64,000 nucleotides of DNA from Bacteroidales bacterium. GTDB lineage: Bacteria; Bacteroidota; Bacteroidia; Bacteroidales; UBA932. The translations under genes were made by a program, and so were the position numbers. Position 1 is the stretch's first letter, and every line of letters begins with the position of its first letter. Below are positions 1 to 7,193 of the stretch, in pieces. Location of the stretch: assembly GCA_015060455.1 (NCBI GenBank), contig SUYM01000009.1:23414-87413 (forward strand). Direction: 5' to 3'. The notes under the pieces are model-generated. The model saw only the letters and a list, made by a program, of their open reading frames with translations. It did not search any database and was not told the DNA's origin.

Positions 1-280
1 TCACTTCCTTCGTATAGGTCTTGTAGCCCATGAGTTCAGCCCGGAATACATATACCCCTTTCTTGAGTTTTGCCAATGTTCCCCGTCCCTGGTCGTCCGT
101 CAACGCATATTTGGACGGTGACTTCTGTCCCTTCTCGGCGACAGAAACCGTAGCGAAGGCCACTGGTTCAGAGGTCTTGTCGTCAAGCAGACGAACTTTA
201 ATGGAATATATGGACTGAGCAAAGGCTGTGTTGCAAGCCAGAAGAGTGATGATAAAAAGCAGATGCCTGAAGTATTTCAT
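1..280 (-). CDS. Outer-membrane beta-barrel/TonB-dependent-receptor-like protein, N-terminal part only (runs off window)
   Basis: Manual translation from ATG at 280: MKYFRHLLFIITLLACNTAFAQ signal peptide, then SIKVRLLDDKTSEPVAFATVSV...TDDQGRG...ELMGYKT, a CarboxypepD_reg-like N-terminal domain. Not in the ORF track. Confidence 0.75.
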   Translation of the reverse strand, partial: MKYFRHLLFIITLLACNTAFAQSIYSIKVRLLDDKTSEPVAFATVSVAEKGQKSPSKYALTDDQGRGTLAKLKKGVYVFRAELMGYKTYTKEV

Positions 281-294
281 TTTTTATTTTGTTT

Positions 295-440
295 ACAGAT
301 CCTTCACTTCGTTCAGGATGACAGCAAGAACATTCTGTCATGTTGAGCGCATTCTGTCATGTTGAGCGCATTCTGTCATGTTGAGCGCATTCTGTCATGT
401 TGAGCGCATTCTGTCATGTTGAGCGCAGCGAAACATCTGT
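295..440. repeat. TGTC-tagged REP-like palindrome pair with 5x19-bp tandem expansion
   Basis: acagatccttcacttcgttcaggatgaca (295-323), then cattctgtcatgttgagcg x5 (331-425); the last unit continues into a full inverted element ending gaaacatctgt (440). Confidence 0.9.
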
Positions 441-476
441 TGGACTGTTATGTATTCCTAAAGTTTAAAAGTGTAT

Positions 477-1034
477 CTATTTTTTTATTCTGTCAGGATT
501 ATCTGCCAGAAATTTCTCCCAATCGTTCTTTCCTCCGGCCTTGGCAAGAGGATTTGTCATCTGGTAATGATGACAGAGGGCAATCGCAAGAGCGTCGGTG
601 GCATCCAGATATTTCGGATCAAGTTCCACCTTCAATGTCTTCTGAATCATCATAGCCACCTGCTCCTTGGACGCGGCACCGTTTCCGCATATTGCAATCT
701 TCGCCTTGCGGGGAGCATATTCAGCAACAGGTATGCCTTTCAGCACCGCAGCGGTCAAGGCTGCACCCTGGGCACGACCCAGTTTCAGGACCACCTGGGC
801 GTTCTTGCCGTAGAAGGGTGACTCGACAGCGAGTTCATCGGGCTGATGCTGTTCTATAAGTTCGGATACGCCGGCAAATATATTCGCCAATTTTTCATAC
901 GGATCCTTGATCTTCCGCAGGTCAAACACGCCCATATCCACATAGTGAGGACCTTTGGAATCTACACGGACAATCCCGAAACCAAGAATATTGGTTCCGG
1001 GATCAATGCCTAATATGGTTTTAGATTTCTCCAT
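477..1034 (-). CDS. ruvC: Holliday junction resolvase RuvC
   Basis: ILGIDPG, AVESPF, KLGRAQG, GNGAASKEQV and DATDALAIA motifs. Confidence 0.97.
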   Translation of the reverse strand: MEKSKTILGIDPGTNILGFGIVRVDSKGPHYVDMGVFDLRKIKDPYEKLANIFAGVSELIEQHQPDELAVESPFYGKNAQVVLKLGRAQGAALTAAVLKGIPVAEYAPRKAKIAICGNGAASKEQVAMMIQKTLKVELDPKYLDATDALAIALCHHYQMTNPLAKAGGKNDWEKFLADNPDRIKK

Positions 1035-1058
1035 TCGCTTCGCTCAGTCGAAATGACA
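1023..1058 (-). repeat. TGTC-tagged REP-like palindrome overlapping the ruvC start codon
   Basis: Minus strand reads tgtcatttcgactgagcgaagcgaATGgagaaatct; ATTTC/GAAAT stem and GCGAAGC core as in the other copies. Confidence 0.85.
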
Positions 1059-1074
1059 TCAAAATTCACCCCCA

Positions 1075-1209
1075 GTCGTCTTTGACGACAGCCCCGAGGG
1101 GCATACCGACATTTCTTCAAAATGTCGGGTGCCATCGCTGCATCGATATTCTACGAATATCTCGCTGACGCGAATGGCACGGCGCTGCAGCGCCTTGTCT
1201 ATAAGACAA
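1075..1209. other. Array of contiguous short hairpins (candidate structured ncRNA or ssDNA element)
   Basis: gtcgtc/gacgac, gccc/gggc, ccgacattt/aaatgtcgg, gtgccat/atggcac enclosing gatattc/gaatatc and tcgc/gcga, ggcgc/gcgcc, ttgtct/agacaa. Confidence 0.7.
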
Positions 1210-1216
1210 AAACTCA

Positions 1217-2488
1217 TCAGTCAATATAATCGAAGCCGGTGTATGGACGAAGAATTTCCGGGATCTCTATGCGGCTGTCCTTCTGGTTGTTTTCAAGCAG
1301 GGCCGCCACCACGCGAGGAAGAGCCAGCGAACTGCCGTTGAGGGTGTGAGCAAGTTGAGTCTTGCCGTCAGCATCCTTGTAACGGAGTTTGAGACGGTTG
1401 GCCTGATATGATTCGAAATTGGACACAGATGATATTTCAAGCCATCTTCCCTGAGCGGCAGAATACACCTCGAAATCGTATGTAAGCGCCGATGTGAAAC
1501 TCATATCACCGCCGCAGAGACGAAGAATACGGTATGGAAGTCCGAGGGACTTGACTATATTCTCCACATGAGCGACCATGTCATCAAGGGCTGCATATGA
1601 ATTTTCAGGCTTCTCGATGCGTACGATCTCCACCTTGTCGAACTGATGCAGACGGTTGAGTCCGCGCACATCCTTTCCGTATGATCCTGCCTCACGACGG
1701 AAACATGGAGTATATGCAGTCAGTTTCTGAGGGAAATCGTTGTTGCCGAGGATGACATCTCTATATATATTGGTAACAGGAACCTCAGCCGTAGGCACGA
1801 GATAGAAATTGTCTGCTGTCGCGTGATACATCTGTCCTTCCTTGTCCGGAAGTTGTCCTGTGCCGAAGCCCGATGCCTCATTCACCATCACAGGCGGTTC
1901 CACTTCAAGATAGCCTGCCCTGGTGTTGATGTCAAGGAAGAAATTGATGAGGGCTCTCTGAAGCCTTGCTCCCTTGCCTTTATATACAGGGAAACCTGCT
2001 CCGGTAAGTTTTACTCCAAGGTCAAAATCGATGATGTCGAATTTCTTTGCAAGTTCCCAATGCGGAAGAGCATTCTCGCCAAGTTCCGGAATCTCGTTTC
2101 CTGTCTTTACTACAACATTGTCCTCTGCGCACTTTCCCTCAGGGACAATGTCGCATGGTATATTCGGAAGGAGAACCACCAGCGAATCAAGTTCAGCGTT
2201 ATTCTCCTGTTCATTGTTTTCAATCTCAGCACTGCGGGCCTTCAGAGCGGCAACCTCGGCCTTGACAGCGTCAGCCTCCTCTCTCCTGCCCTCTTTCATC
2301 AGACCTCCGATAAGGGCAGCCTTCTTCTTCTGTTCTGCCAGACATGTATCCTTCTCCAACTGAAGAGCACGTCTGTTCTGGTCAAGAAGGTTTATCTTCT
2401 CAACGATTTCTTTTGCATCGAAATGCTTTTTTGCAAGTTTCGCGATTACAAATTCCGGATTTTCGCGAAGAAGTTTCAATGTCAGCAT
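1217..2488 (-). CDS. serS: Serine--tRNA ligase
   Basis: N-terminal coiled coil, LVPTAEVP, CFRREAGSYGKD..GLNRLHQFDKVE, HTLNGSSLA. Confidence 0.98.
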   Translation of the reverse strand: MLTLKLLRENPEFVIAKLAKKHFDAKEIVEKINLLDQNRRALQLEKDTCLAEQKKKAALIGGLMKEGRREEADAVKAEVAALKARSAEIENNEQENNAELDSLVVLLPNIPCDIVPEGKCAEDNVVVKTGNEIPELGENALPHWELAKKFDIIDFDLGVKLTGAGFPVYKGKGARLQRALINFFLDINTRAGYLEVEPPVMVNEASGFGTGQLPDKEGQMYHATADNFYLVPTAEVPVTNIYRDVILGNNDFPQKLTAYTPCFRREAGSYGKDVRGLNRLHQFDKVEIVRIEKPENSYAALDDMVAHVENIVKSLGLPYRILRLCGGDMSFTSALTYDFEVYSAAQGRWLEISSVSNFESYQANRLKLRYKDADGKTQLAHTLNGSSLALPRVVAALLENNQKDSRIEIPEILRPYTGFDYID

Positions 2489-2507
2489 ATTATATTGTTT
2501 TTATTTC

Positions 2508-2604
2508 ACAGATCCTTCGACTCCACTCCGTTCCGCTCAGGATGACAGTGGGCTCCGTTCCGCTCAGAATGACAGTGGGCTCCGTTCCGCTCAGGATGAC
2601 AGTG
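2508..2604 (-). repeat. TGTC-tagged REP-like palindrome plus 3x27-bp tandem partial copies
   Basis: Full element 2508-2547; unit ctccgttccgctcagRatgacagtggg starts at 2526, 2553 and 2580. Confidence 0.9.
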
Positions 2605-2619
2605 AATGACAATTTAACT

Positions 2620-2656
2620 AAAAAGAGGACTGAAATCCCTCGGGATAACAGTCCTC
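2620..2656 (-). terminator. Intrinsic terminator downstream of rpmA
   Basis: Minus strand gaggactgttatcccgagggatttcagtcctc hairpin followed by a T-tract. Confidence 0.7.
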
Positions 2657-2682
2657 AATCATTTCTTATAAATCCCCGGGTC

Positions 2683-2943
2683 TTAGTTCTCGAATGGGAG
2701 TACCGAGACGTAAGATTTGTTGTCAGCCTTCTTGCGGAAAGATACCTTACCGTCAATAAGTGCGTAAAGAGTGTGGTCCTTACCCATACCTACGTTAAGA
2801 CCTGGGTTGTGAACTGTACCTCTCTGACGAACGAGGATGTTACCTGCCTTTACAGCCTGGTCACCATATTTCTTTACTCCGAGTCGCTTGCTATGTGACT
2901 CACGACCGTTCTTGGAACTACCGACGCCTTTTTTATGTGCCAT
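2683..2943 (-). CDS. rpmA: 50S ribosomal protein L27
   Basis: [37 protein letters not shown]. Confidence 0.98.
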   Translation of the reverse strand: MAHKKGVGSSKNGRESHSKRLGVKKYGDQAVKAGNILVRQRGTVHNPGLNVGMGKDHTLYALIDGKVSFRKKADNKSYVSVLPFEN

Positions 2944-2963
2944 AATGTTTCCTCCTTAAATAA

Positions 2964-3296
2964 TTAAGCGATCGAATCGATCTGAAGTTTTGTGAAATAA
3001 TGACGGTAACCATTGAGTTTCTGGTAACCTTTACGACGTTTCTTCTTGAAAACAAGAACCTTGTCTCCCTTCATTCCGTCCTCTACTCCTCTCTCGGCAC
3101 GGCCAAGAACTGTAGCAGTTACCTTTACGCCCTCAACGTATGGAGCGCCAACCTTTACCGCTCCGTCCTCATCAACGAGAAGTACTTTTGTAAACTCTAC
3201 AGAAGCACCCTTCTCCTGTGGGAGACGGTTTACGAAGATTTCATTACCAGCCTCTACCTTGAACTGCTGGCCTGCAATTTCTACGATTGCGTACAT
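2964..3296 (-). CDS. rplU: 50S ribosomal protein L21 (with a short internal insertion)
   Basis: [30 protein letters not shown]; adjacent to rpmA. Confidence 0.97.
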   Translation of the reverse strand: MYAIVEIAGQQFKVEAGNEIFVNRLPQEKGASVEFTKVLLVDEDGAVKVGAPYVEGVKVTATVLGRAERGVEDGMKGDKVLVFKKKRRKGYQKLNGYRHYFTKLQIDSIA

Positions 3297-3391
3297 AAAA
3301 ACTTAAATATTAAAAGTTTTAGACAGCAGGCGGCCGTACTTTGCGGCTCTTTATCATGCCTGACAATCTGTAAATATCTTCTTATATGAAA

Positions 3392-3586
3392 TTACTGCTC
3401 GTCCTGAAGTTGCATCTGCTGAACGTAGATTGCCTTCTGCATCTGCATTCTCTTCTTCACTGACGGCTTAAGGAATGTCTTCCTTGCGCGAAGTTCACGG
3501 ATAGCACCTGTCTTCTCGAACTTTCTCTTGAACTTCTTAAGAGCCCTCTCAATGCTCTCGCCCTCTTTTACTGGAACTATAATCAT
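3392..3586 (-). CDS. rpsU: 30S ribosomal protein S21
   Basis: MIIVPVKEGESIERALKKFKRK...KPSVKKR; preceded by an AAGGAGGTG Shine-Dalgarno sequence. Confidence 0.97.
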   Translation of the reverse strand: MIIVPVKEGESIERALKKFKRKFEKTGAIRELRARKTFLKPSVKKRMQMQKAIYVQQMQLQDEQ

Positions 3587-3617
3587 GCTAATACCACCTC
3601 CTTTTTATTTCGGGCGG

Positions 3618-3625
3618 CAAATATA
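3618..3625 (-). promoter_or_regulatory. Bacteroidetes sigma-A -7 element (TATATTTG) for rpsU-rplU-rpmA
   Basis: Matches the TAnnTTTG consensus about 30 nt upstream of the rpsU ATG. Confidence 0.65.
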
Positions 3626-3714
3626 ATCATAATTTTTAAATTTACAATGACATGATTAAGAATTGCAGTATTTTACAATGATTATCCGCTTTGGGTGCAG
3701 CGATTTTTAAGAAT

Positions 3715-3826
3715 GACCGTGACAAAAATCGACCTGATTTTGTCACGGTCCTGCCGTTTTCGGGGCTGAAATGCCGTTTTTGAGGACCTTCGTTACAATT
3801 TTCGTCGATTTTTTGTCACGGTCCTC
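3715..3826. repeat. Pair of related inverted repeats (gaccgtgacaaaa...ttttgtcacggtc)
   Basis: Perfect 13-bp arms at 3715-3727/3738-3750; degenerate second copy at 3782-3826 with an identical right arm. Confidence 0.7.
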
Positions 3827-4051
3827 CGGCGGGGAGTGTTGTTGCGGGGGCCAGAGATGTTACAGACCTCTCATAGTGTTGGCGGTCGGCAGTTTTTGCG
3901 TGTGTGTCTGCCACAGGCTGGAGTCAGTATTTCGGGACGGATGGATTTGGCGTTAAAGGCGCAGATAATGTTCCTTCGATGTAGCGCACAGGAAAAGTAG
4001 AGCCTGTTTTACTGCACTGATGAAGGATAATCATTGTTTTTTACGTCCAAG

Positions 4052-5509
4052 TTACTGATTACGGGATATCTTATAATCAAACTTCACATATCCGTCAACG
4101 CCTGCCACAACTTCAACAACCTTAATGACTCCCAGATTAACAACTTCACTCACCTGAAAATCATCTGTCATCCTGACAGTCTTGAATCCATAATAATTAC
4201 CGGGCTGGAGATTATTCTGCCTATGCAGATCTGATCTGTCCTGATTCTCCCATCCTTGGGTCAAAGACTCGACCTGATCCAAGGTCAACGCCTCATATTG
4301 ATCATCTGTAAAGCCATCAAGAAGGTGGATTTTAGTCTTATTCTTCTCCGCCAAGTCCCAATTGTTACAATCAATTATACCTTGTGAACTGAAATTCGAC
4401 AGATCCGAACATGCCGGAGCAGCAAAACACATATTGTCATCTTGAATTGAATAGAACAATACCAGATCCGTTTCTTTACGGACTTCCGAGGCAATCGCTT
4501 CAGACGCGCCATAGTTGGAAGCATTCTCAAGATTGAAATACACTCCATAGGTTGTGCTTTGCTGGGCACCTATATATTTATCCGTATAATCTTCCATTGT
4601 GCGTCTGTAAATCACATTGGAGGCCCTTAAGCCAAGACTGAAACGATGAACTTTAGCCCTTGTGAAGGTTTCCGCTTCTTCAGGGATCTGATACTCATAG
4701 ATACCCCAGTCAGTATGAACAAAGACACTTAATGTCCCATACTCTCCCGGAGCAACAGCCATATAAATCTTATTGACACCCGTTTCTGCGGACACTGCTG
4801 ACGGGTTGGTAAGATTCACAGTTACCGAGGACGAGTTACCGGCTATTATTGAGTAAGACGGATCTTCAAAGTCCTGAGAAAAGTCAAACTGAAATGCCCC
4901 TACTATATCCGAATCGGCATTCAACTGAACCAGAGCCACCTTTTCACCCACATATTCCTGTTCTTCTGCATATATATCAAACTCCAGATATGCAGCCAGA
5001 TGCTTGAAATATAGGGTCGGCACCTCATTGGCGAAAGGGTCGTATCTGAAAGTATATGGCCTGGCCACAAGAGGGAAATTAACTCCATTGAGTTCACCCA
5101 CATTCACTTGATTCTGGGCAGCAGAAATTGACATTCTCACCTTATATCCGTCCCGCTCCGCTCCAACAGCGTATGGGTAATATGCATATAGCATATCCCC
5201 TGCGAAAAACTCATTGATTCTGGCCTTGAACTGTGTATCGCCATCGATAACGAAGGCAGTCGCAACCGCATTGGTTGTCGGCTTGTAAGCATTATCCACA
5301 AACAATCCGATATCGTCTCCCTCCTGCCATGCATACGAATAACCATCAGATAAAGTTGATTTAAGGCCCAGATGATCATCCGAGACAGTACGGAATGAAA
5401 GGCTTACGCTGCCGGTCTGCCGTTGCGGGTCGGAATTGTCCGAACATGACGACAGACCGAGCATTAAAGCCAGAAATGCCAATACTAAGATATTTCTGTT
5501 ATCAGTCAT
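4052..5509 (-). CDS. Fimbrillin (Mfa1/FimA-like) family lipoprotein
   Basis: Lipobox LSSC; KSTL..WQEGDDIGLF, YAYYPY, LYFKHLAAYLEF motifs typical of Bacteroidales fimbrillin-like proteins. Confidence 0.75.
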   Translation of the reverse strand: MTDNRNILVLAFLALMLGLSSCSDNSDPQRQTGSVSLSFRTVSDDHLGLKSTLSDGYSYAWQEGDDIGLFVDNAYKPTTNAVATAFVIDGDTQFKARINEFFAGDMLYAYYPYAVGAERDGYKVRMSISAAQNQVNVGELNGVNFPLVARPYTFRYDPFANEVPTLYFKHLAAYLEFDIYAEEQEYVGEKVALVQLNADSDIVGAFQFDFSQDFEDPSYSIIAGNSSSVTVNLTNPSAVSAETGVNKIYMAVAPGEYGTLSVFVHTDWGIYEYQIPEEAETFTRAKVHRFSLGLRASNVIYRRTMEDYTDKYIGAQQSTTYGVYFNLENASNYGASEAIASEVRKETDLVLFYSIQDDNMCFAAPACSDLSNFSSQGIIDCNNWDLAEKNKTKIHLLDGFTDDQYEALTLDQVESLTQGWENQDRSDLHRQNNLQPGNYYGFKTVRMTDDFQVSEVVNLGVIKVVEVVAGVDGYVKFDYKISRNQ

Positions 5510-5522
5510 ATTGTATCAGAGA

Positions 5523-6983
5523 TTACTCCACCTCCTGCCAAGTGAGTTTGACATTGTCGATACGAGGAGTTGATGTGGCAGTGAAACGAAGGCTGATCGT
5601 CTGCGAACCTTCTGCAACGCTGAATTTATAGAGAGCGTTATGTGCATAAGTCCTATTTTCCAATGTGGACGTGCCTAACTCCTCCCATGTTGTACCATTA
5701 TCTACACTATATTCTGCCTTGATTCCCGCACTCTTATACGTTTGTACAAATGAGAGTTCCAGATCTGTCTTACCATACAACTTGATTCCAGAAACAGTCA
5801 ATACTCCACCATCAAGAAATCTCACATGAAGATCATCCATTCCAGCCAGAGCAGTGGAAGCCACCTGACGTGTAAGTGTAGATTTATCATCACGGGTATA
5901 ATTTACGGCAGTTTTATTTCCGTCATATACAGTCATGCCTCCCTTGTCATAAGTATCCCATCTTGCCGGTGTAAAGGATGTATTGGAAGTGGAAACATCT
6001 GCACTGTTTTCGAATGTGCCATTAAACGTATCCTCATACAACAGGTCAGCATAAGCAGGCTTATAATCATACACCAGATTTGCCGTATTGTATGTACCTG
6101 CTGCAAATTCAATATCCTCCTGAGCCGTCTTTTCAATAACCTGCGAACCTATTGAAGTCTCAACTGTAACCTTAAACACCTCACCTGCATTAAGAGTGAA
6201 CGGCGCAGTCATCACATAAAAATCCGCACTTGCATCAACTGCGAGTTCCCCACCGTTCTTAACTGTCAAGGCTCTTTCATTAAATGTTGCGCTCGCCTTA
6301 TTGATATCAATGGCAGGATTATCTGAAGTCATATCAATCCAGAAAGTACCGAAGAGTTTATTTTCACCACCGTTGAAGGTAAGTTTGGTTATTACGATCG
6401 GTCCGTCTGACTTATTTGTAACCGTAAATTTATGAAGGACAGCAAGGTGATGCAAGTTCACGACAGGGGTACGGGTGTCTGTGGCCTTTCCCACCATGAT
6501 ATCGCTGCTGGAAATATGTACAGCACTGTTATATCCGTTCTGAGTTGCTGCTCCGATCGGGAAATATCCATCATCTCCGGATTGTCCCTTCGGAGACTTC
6601 AATTCCTCAGAACCGTTTGTCGCACGCCAAGGACAGCACACAAACCAGTCATAGTTCACGCCATCTTCAAAAGGCACCTCTACGTTTGTATCATAAGGAG
6701 CAAACTTTCCCGTAGCATCCCCATCGATCTTGAAATGAAGATTGCCGGAATATTCAGCTGTACCCGTAGGGGCATTGAATACTGCAATCTGGTCGTCTGT
6801 GGTCCACATGACCTTATAGCCGTCATCCGGAAGAAGTGTCGTTTTTGTCTGAGGCAATTCTGCATACAGCGAGATTTCAGAAGAATCACCTGCTTGATTG
6901 CCTTCCAATCCCTTCTGGCAAGCAGTTGCAGAAAGAAGCAACGCTGCACCAATAATCATATATATCTTATTCATATTATCCAT
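5523..6983 (-). CDS. Fimbrillin-family lipoprotein with a C-terminal beta-sandwich (CBM-like) domain
   Basis: Lipobox ATAC; TKTTL...WTTDDQIAVF, DIMVGK, LHHLAVL; C-terminus YSVDNGTTW...RIDNVKL. Confidence 0.75.
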   Translation of the reverse strand: MDNMNKIYMIIGAALLLSATACQKGLEGNQAGDSSEISLYAELPQTKTTLLPDDGYKVMWTTDDQIAVFNAPTGTAEYSGNLHFKIDGDATGKFAPYDTNVEVPFEDGVNYDWFVCCPWRATNGSEELKSPKGQSGDDGYFPIGAATQNGYNSAVHISSSDIMVGKATDTRTPVVNLHHLAVLHKFTVTNKSDGPIVITKLTFNGGENKLFGTFWIDMTSDNPAIDINKASATFNERALTVKNGGELAVDASADFYVMTAPFTLNAGEVFKVTVETSIGSQVIEKTAQEDIEFAAGTYNTANLVYDYKPAYADLLYEDTFNGTFENSADVSTSNTSFTPARWDTYDKGGMTVYDGNKTAVNYTRDDKSTLTRQVASTALAGMDDLHVRFLDGGVLTVSGIKLYGKTDLELSFVQTYKSAGIKAEYSVDNGTTWEELGTSTLENRTYAHNALYKFSVAEGSQTISLRFTATSTPRIDNVKLTWQEVE

Positions 6984-7023
6984 TTTTTATTTGCGTGTTG
7001 CAGTTAAACATATCCGATAGACT

Positions 7024-7170
7024 CTACCACCAGTTTTCATTACCTTTTTCCCATGGATCGGGAGATACACCTTCAACCTCAGTTTTTTCCGAACTGGTTG
7101 TCAAAATAGAAGATTCCGGCACAAACTCTATATAGTCCATGCTTGGAATGAGGTAAATTTTCTTTTTCAT
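7024..7170 (-). CDS. Small peptide, 48 aa (MKKKIYLIPSMDYIEFVPESSILTTSSEKTEVEGVSPDPWEKGNENWW)
   Basis: Manual translation; fills the gap between GH3 and the fimbrillin gene on the operon strand; MKK..YxxP start resembles small ORFs commonly seen before Bacteroidales pilin-like genes. Confidence 0.7.
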   Translation of the reverse strand: MKKKIYLIPSMDYIEFVPESSILTTSSEKTEVEGVSPDPWEKGNENWW

Positions 7171-7193
7171 AATAAGTGTCATTTTATTAGTTG

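Noticed and set aside
2508-2547. Hammerhead ribozyme (GUC...CUGA...GAA)
   Set aside because: Lacks the CUGANGA/GAAA core and the three-stem junction; it is a single hairpin.
2344-2898. ORFs with repeated peptides (SVPLRMTVG; also SFDFAQDD and HPERSRR at 32750-33077)
   Set aside because: These are translations of the non-coding tandem repeats.
3715-3826. Invertible promoter or IS ends
   Set aside because: The arms enclose only 10 nt, no promoter lies between the repeats, and no recombinase or transposase is in the window.
3830-4050. tRNA or sRNA in the gap after the PUL
   Set aside because: No cloverleaf, T-loop motif or convincing structure found.
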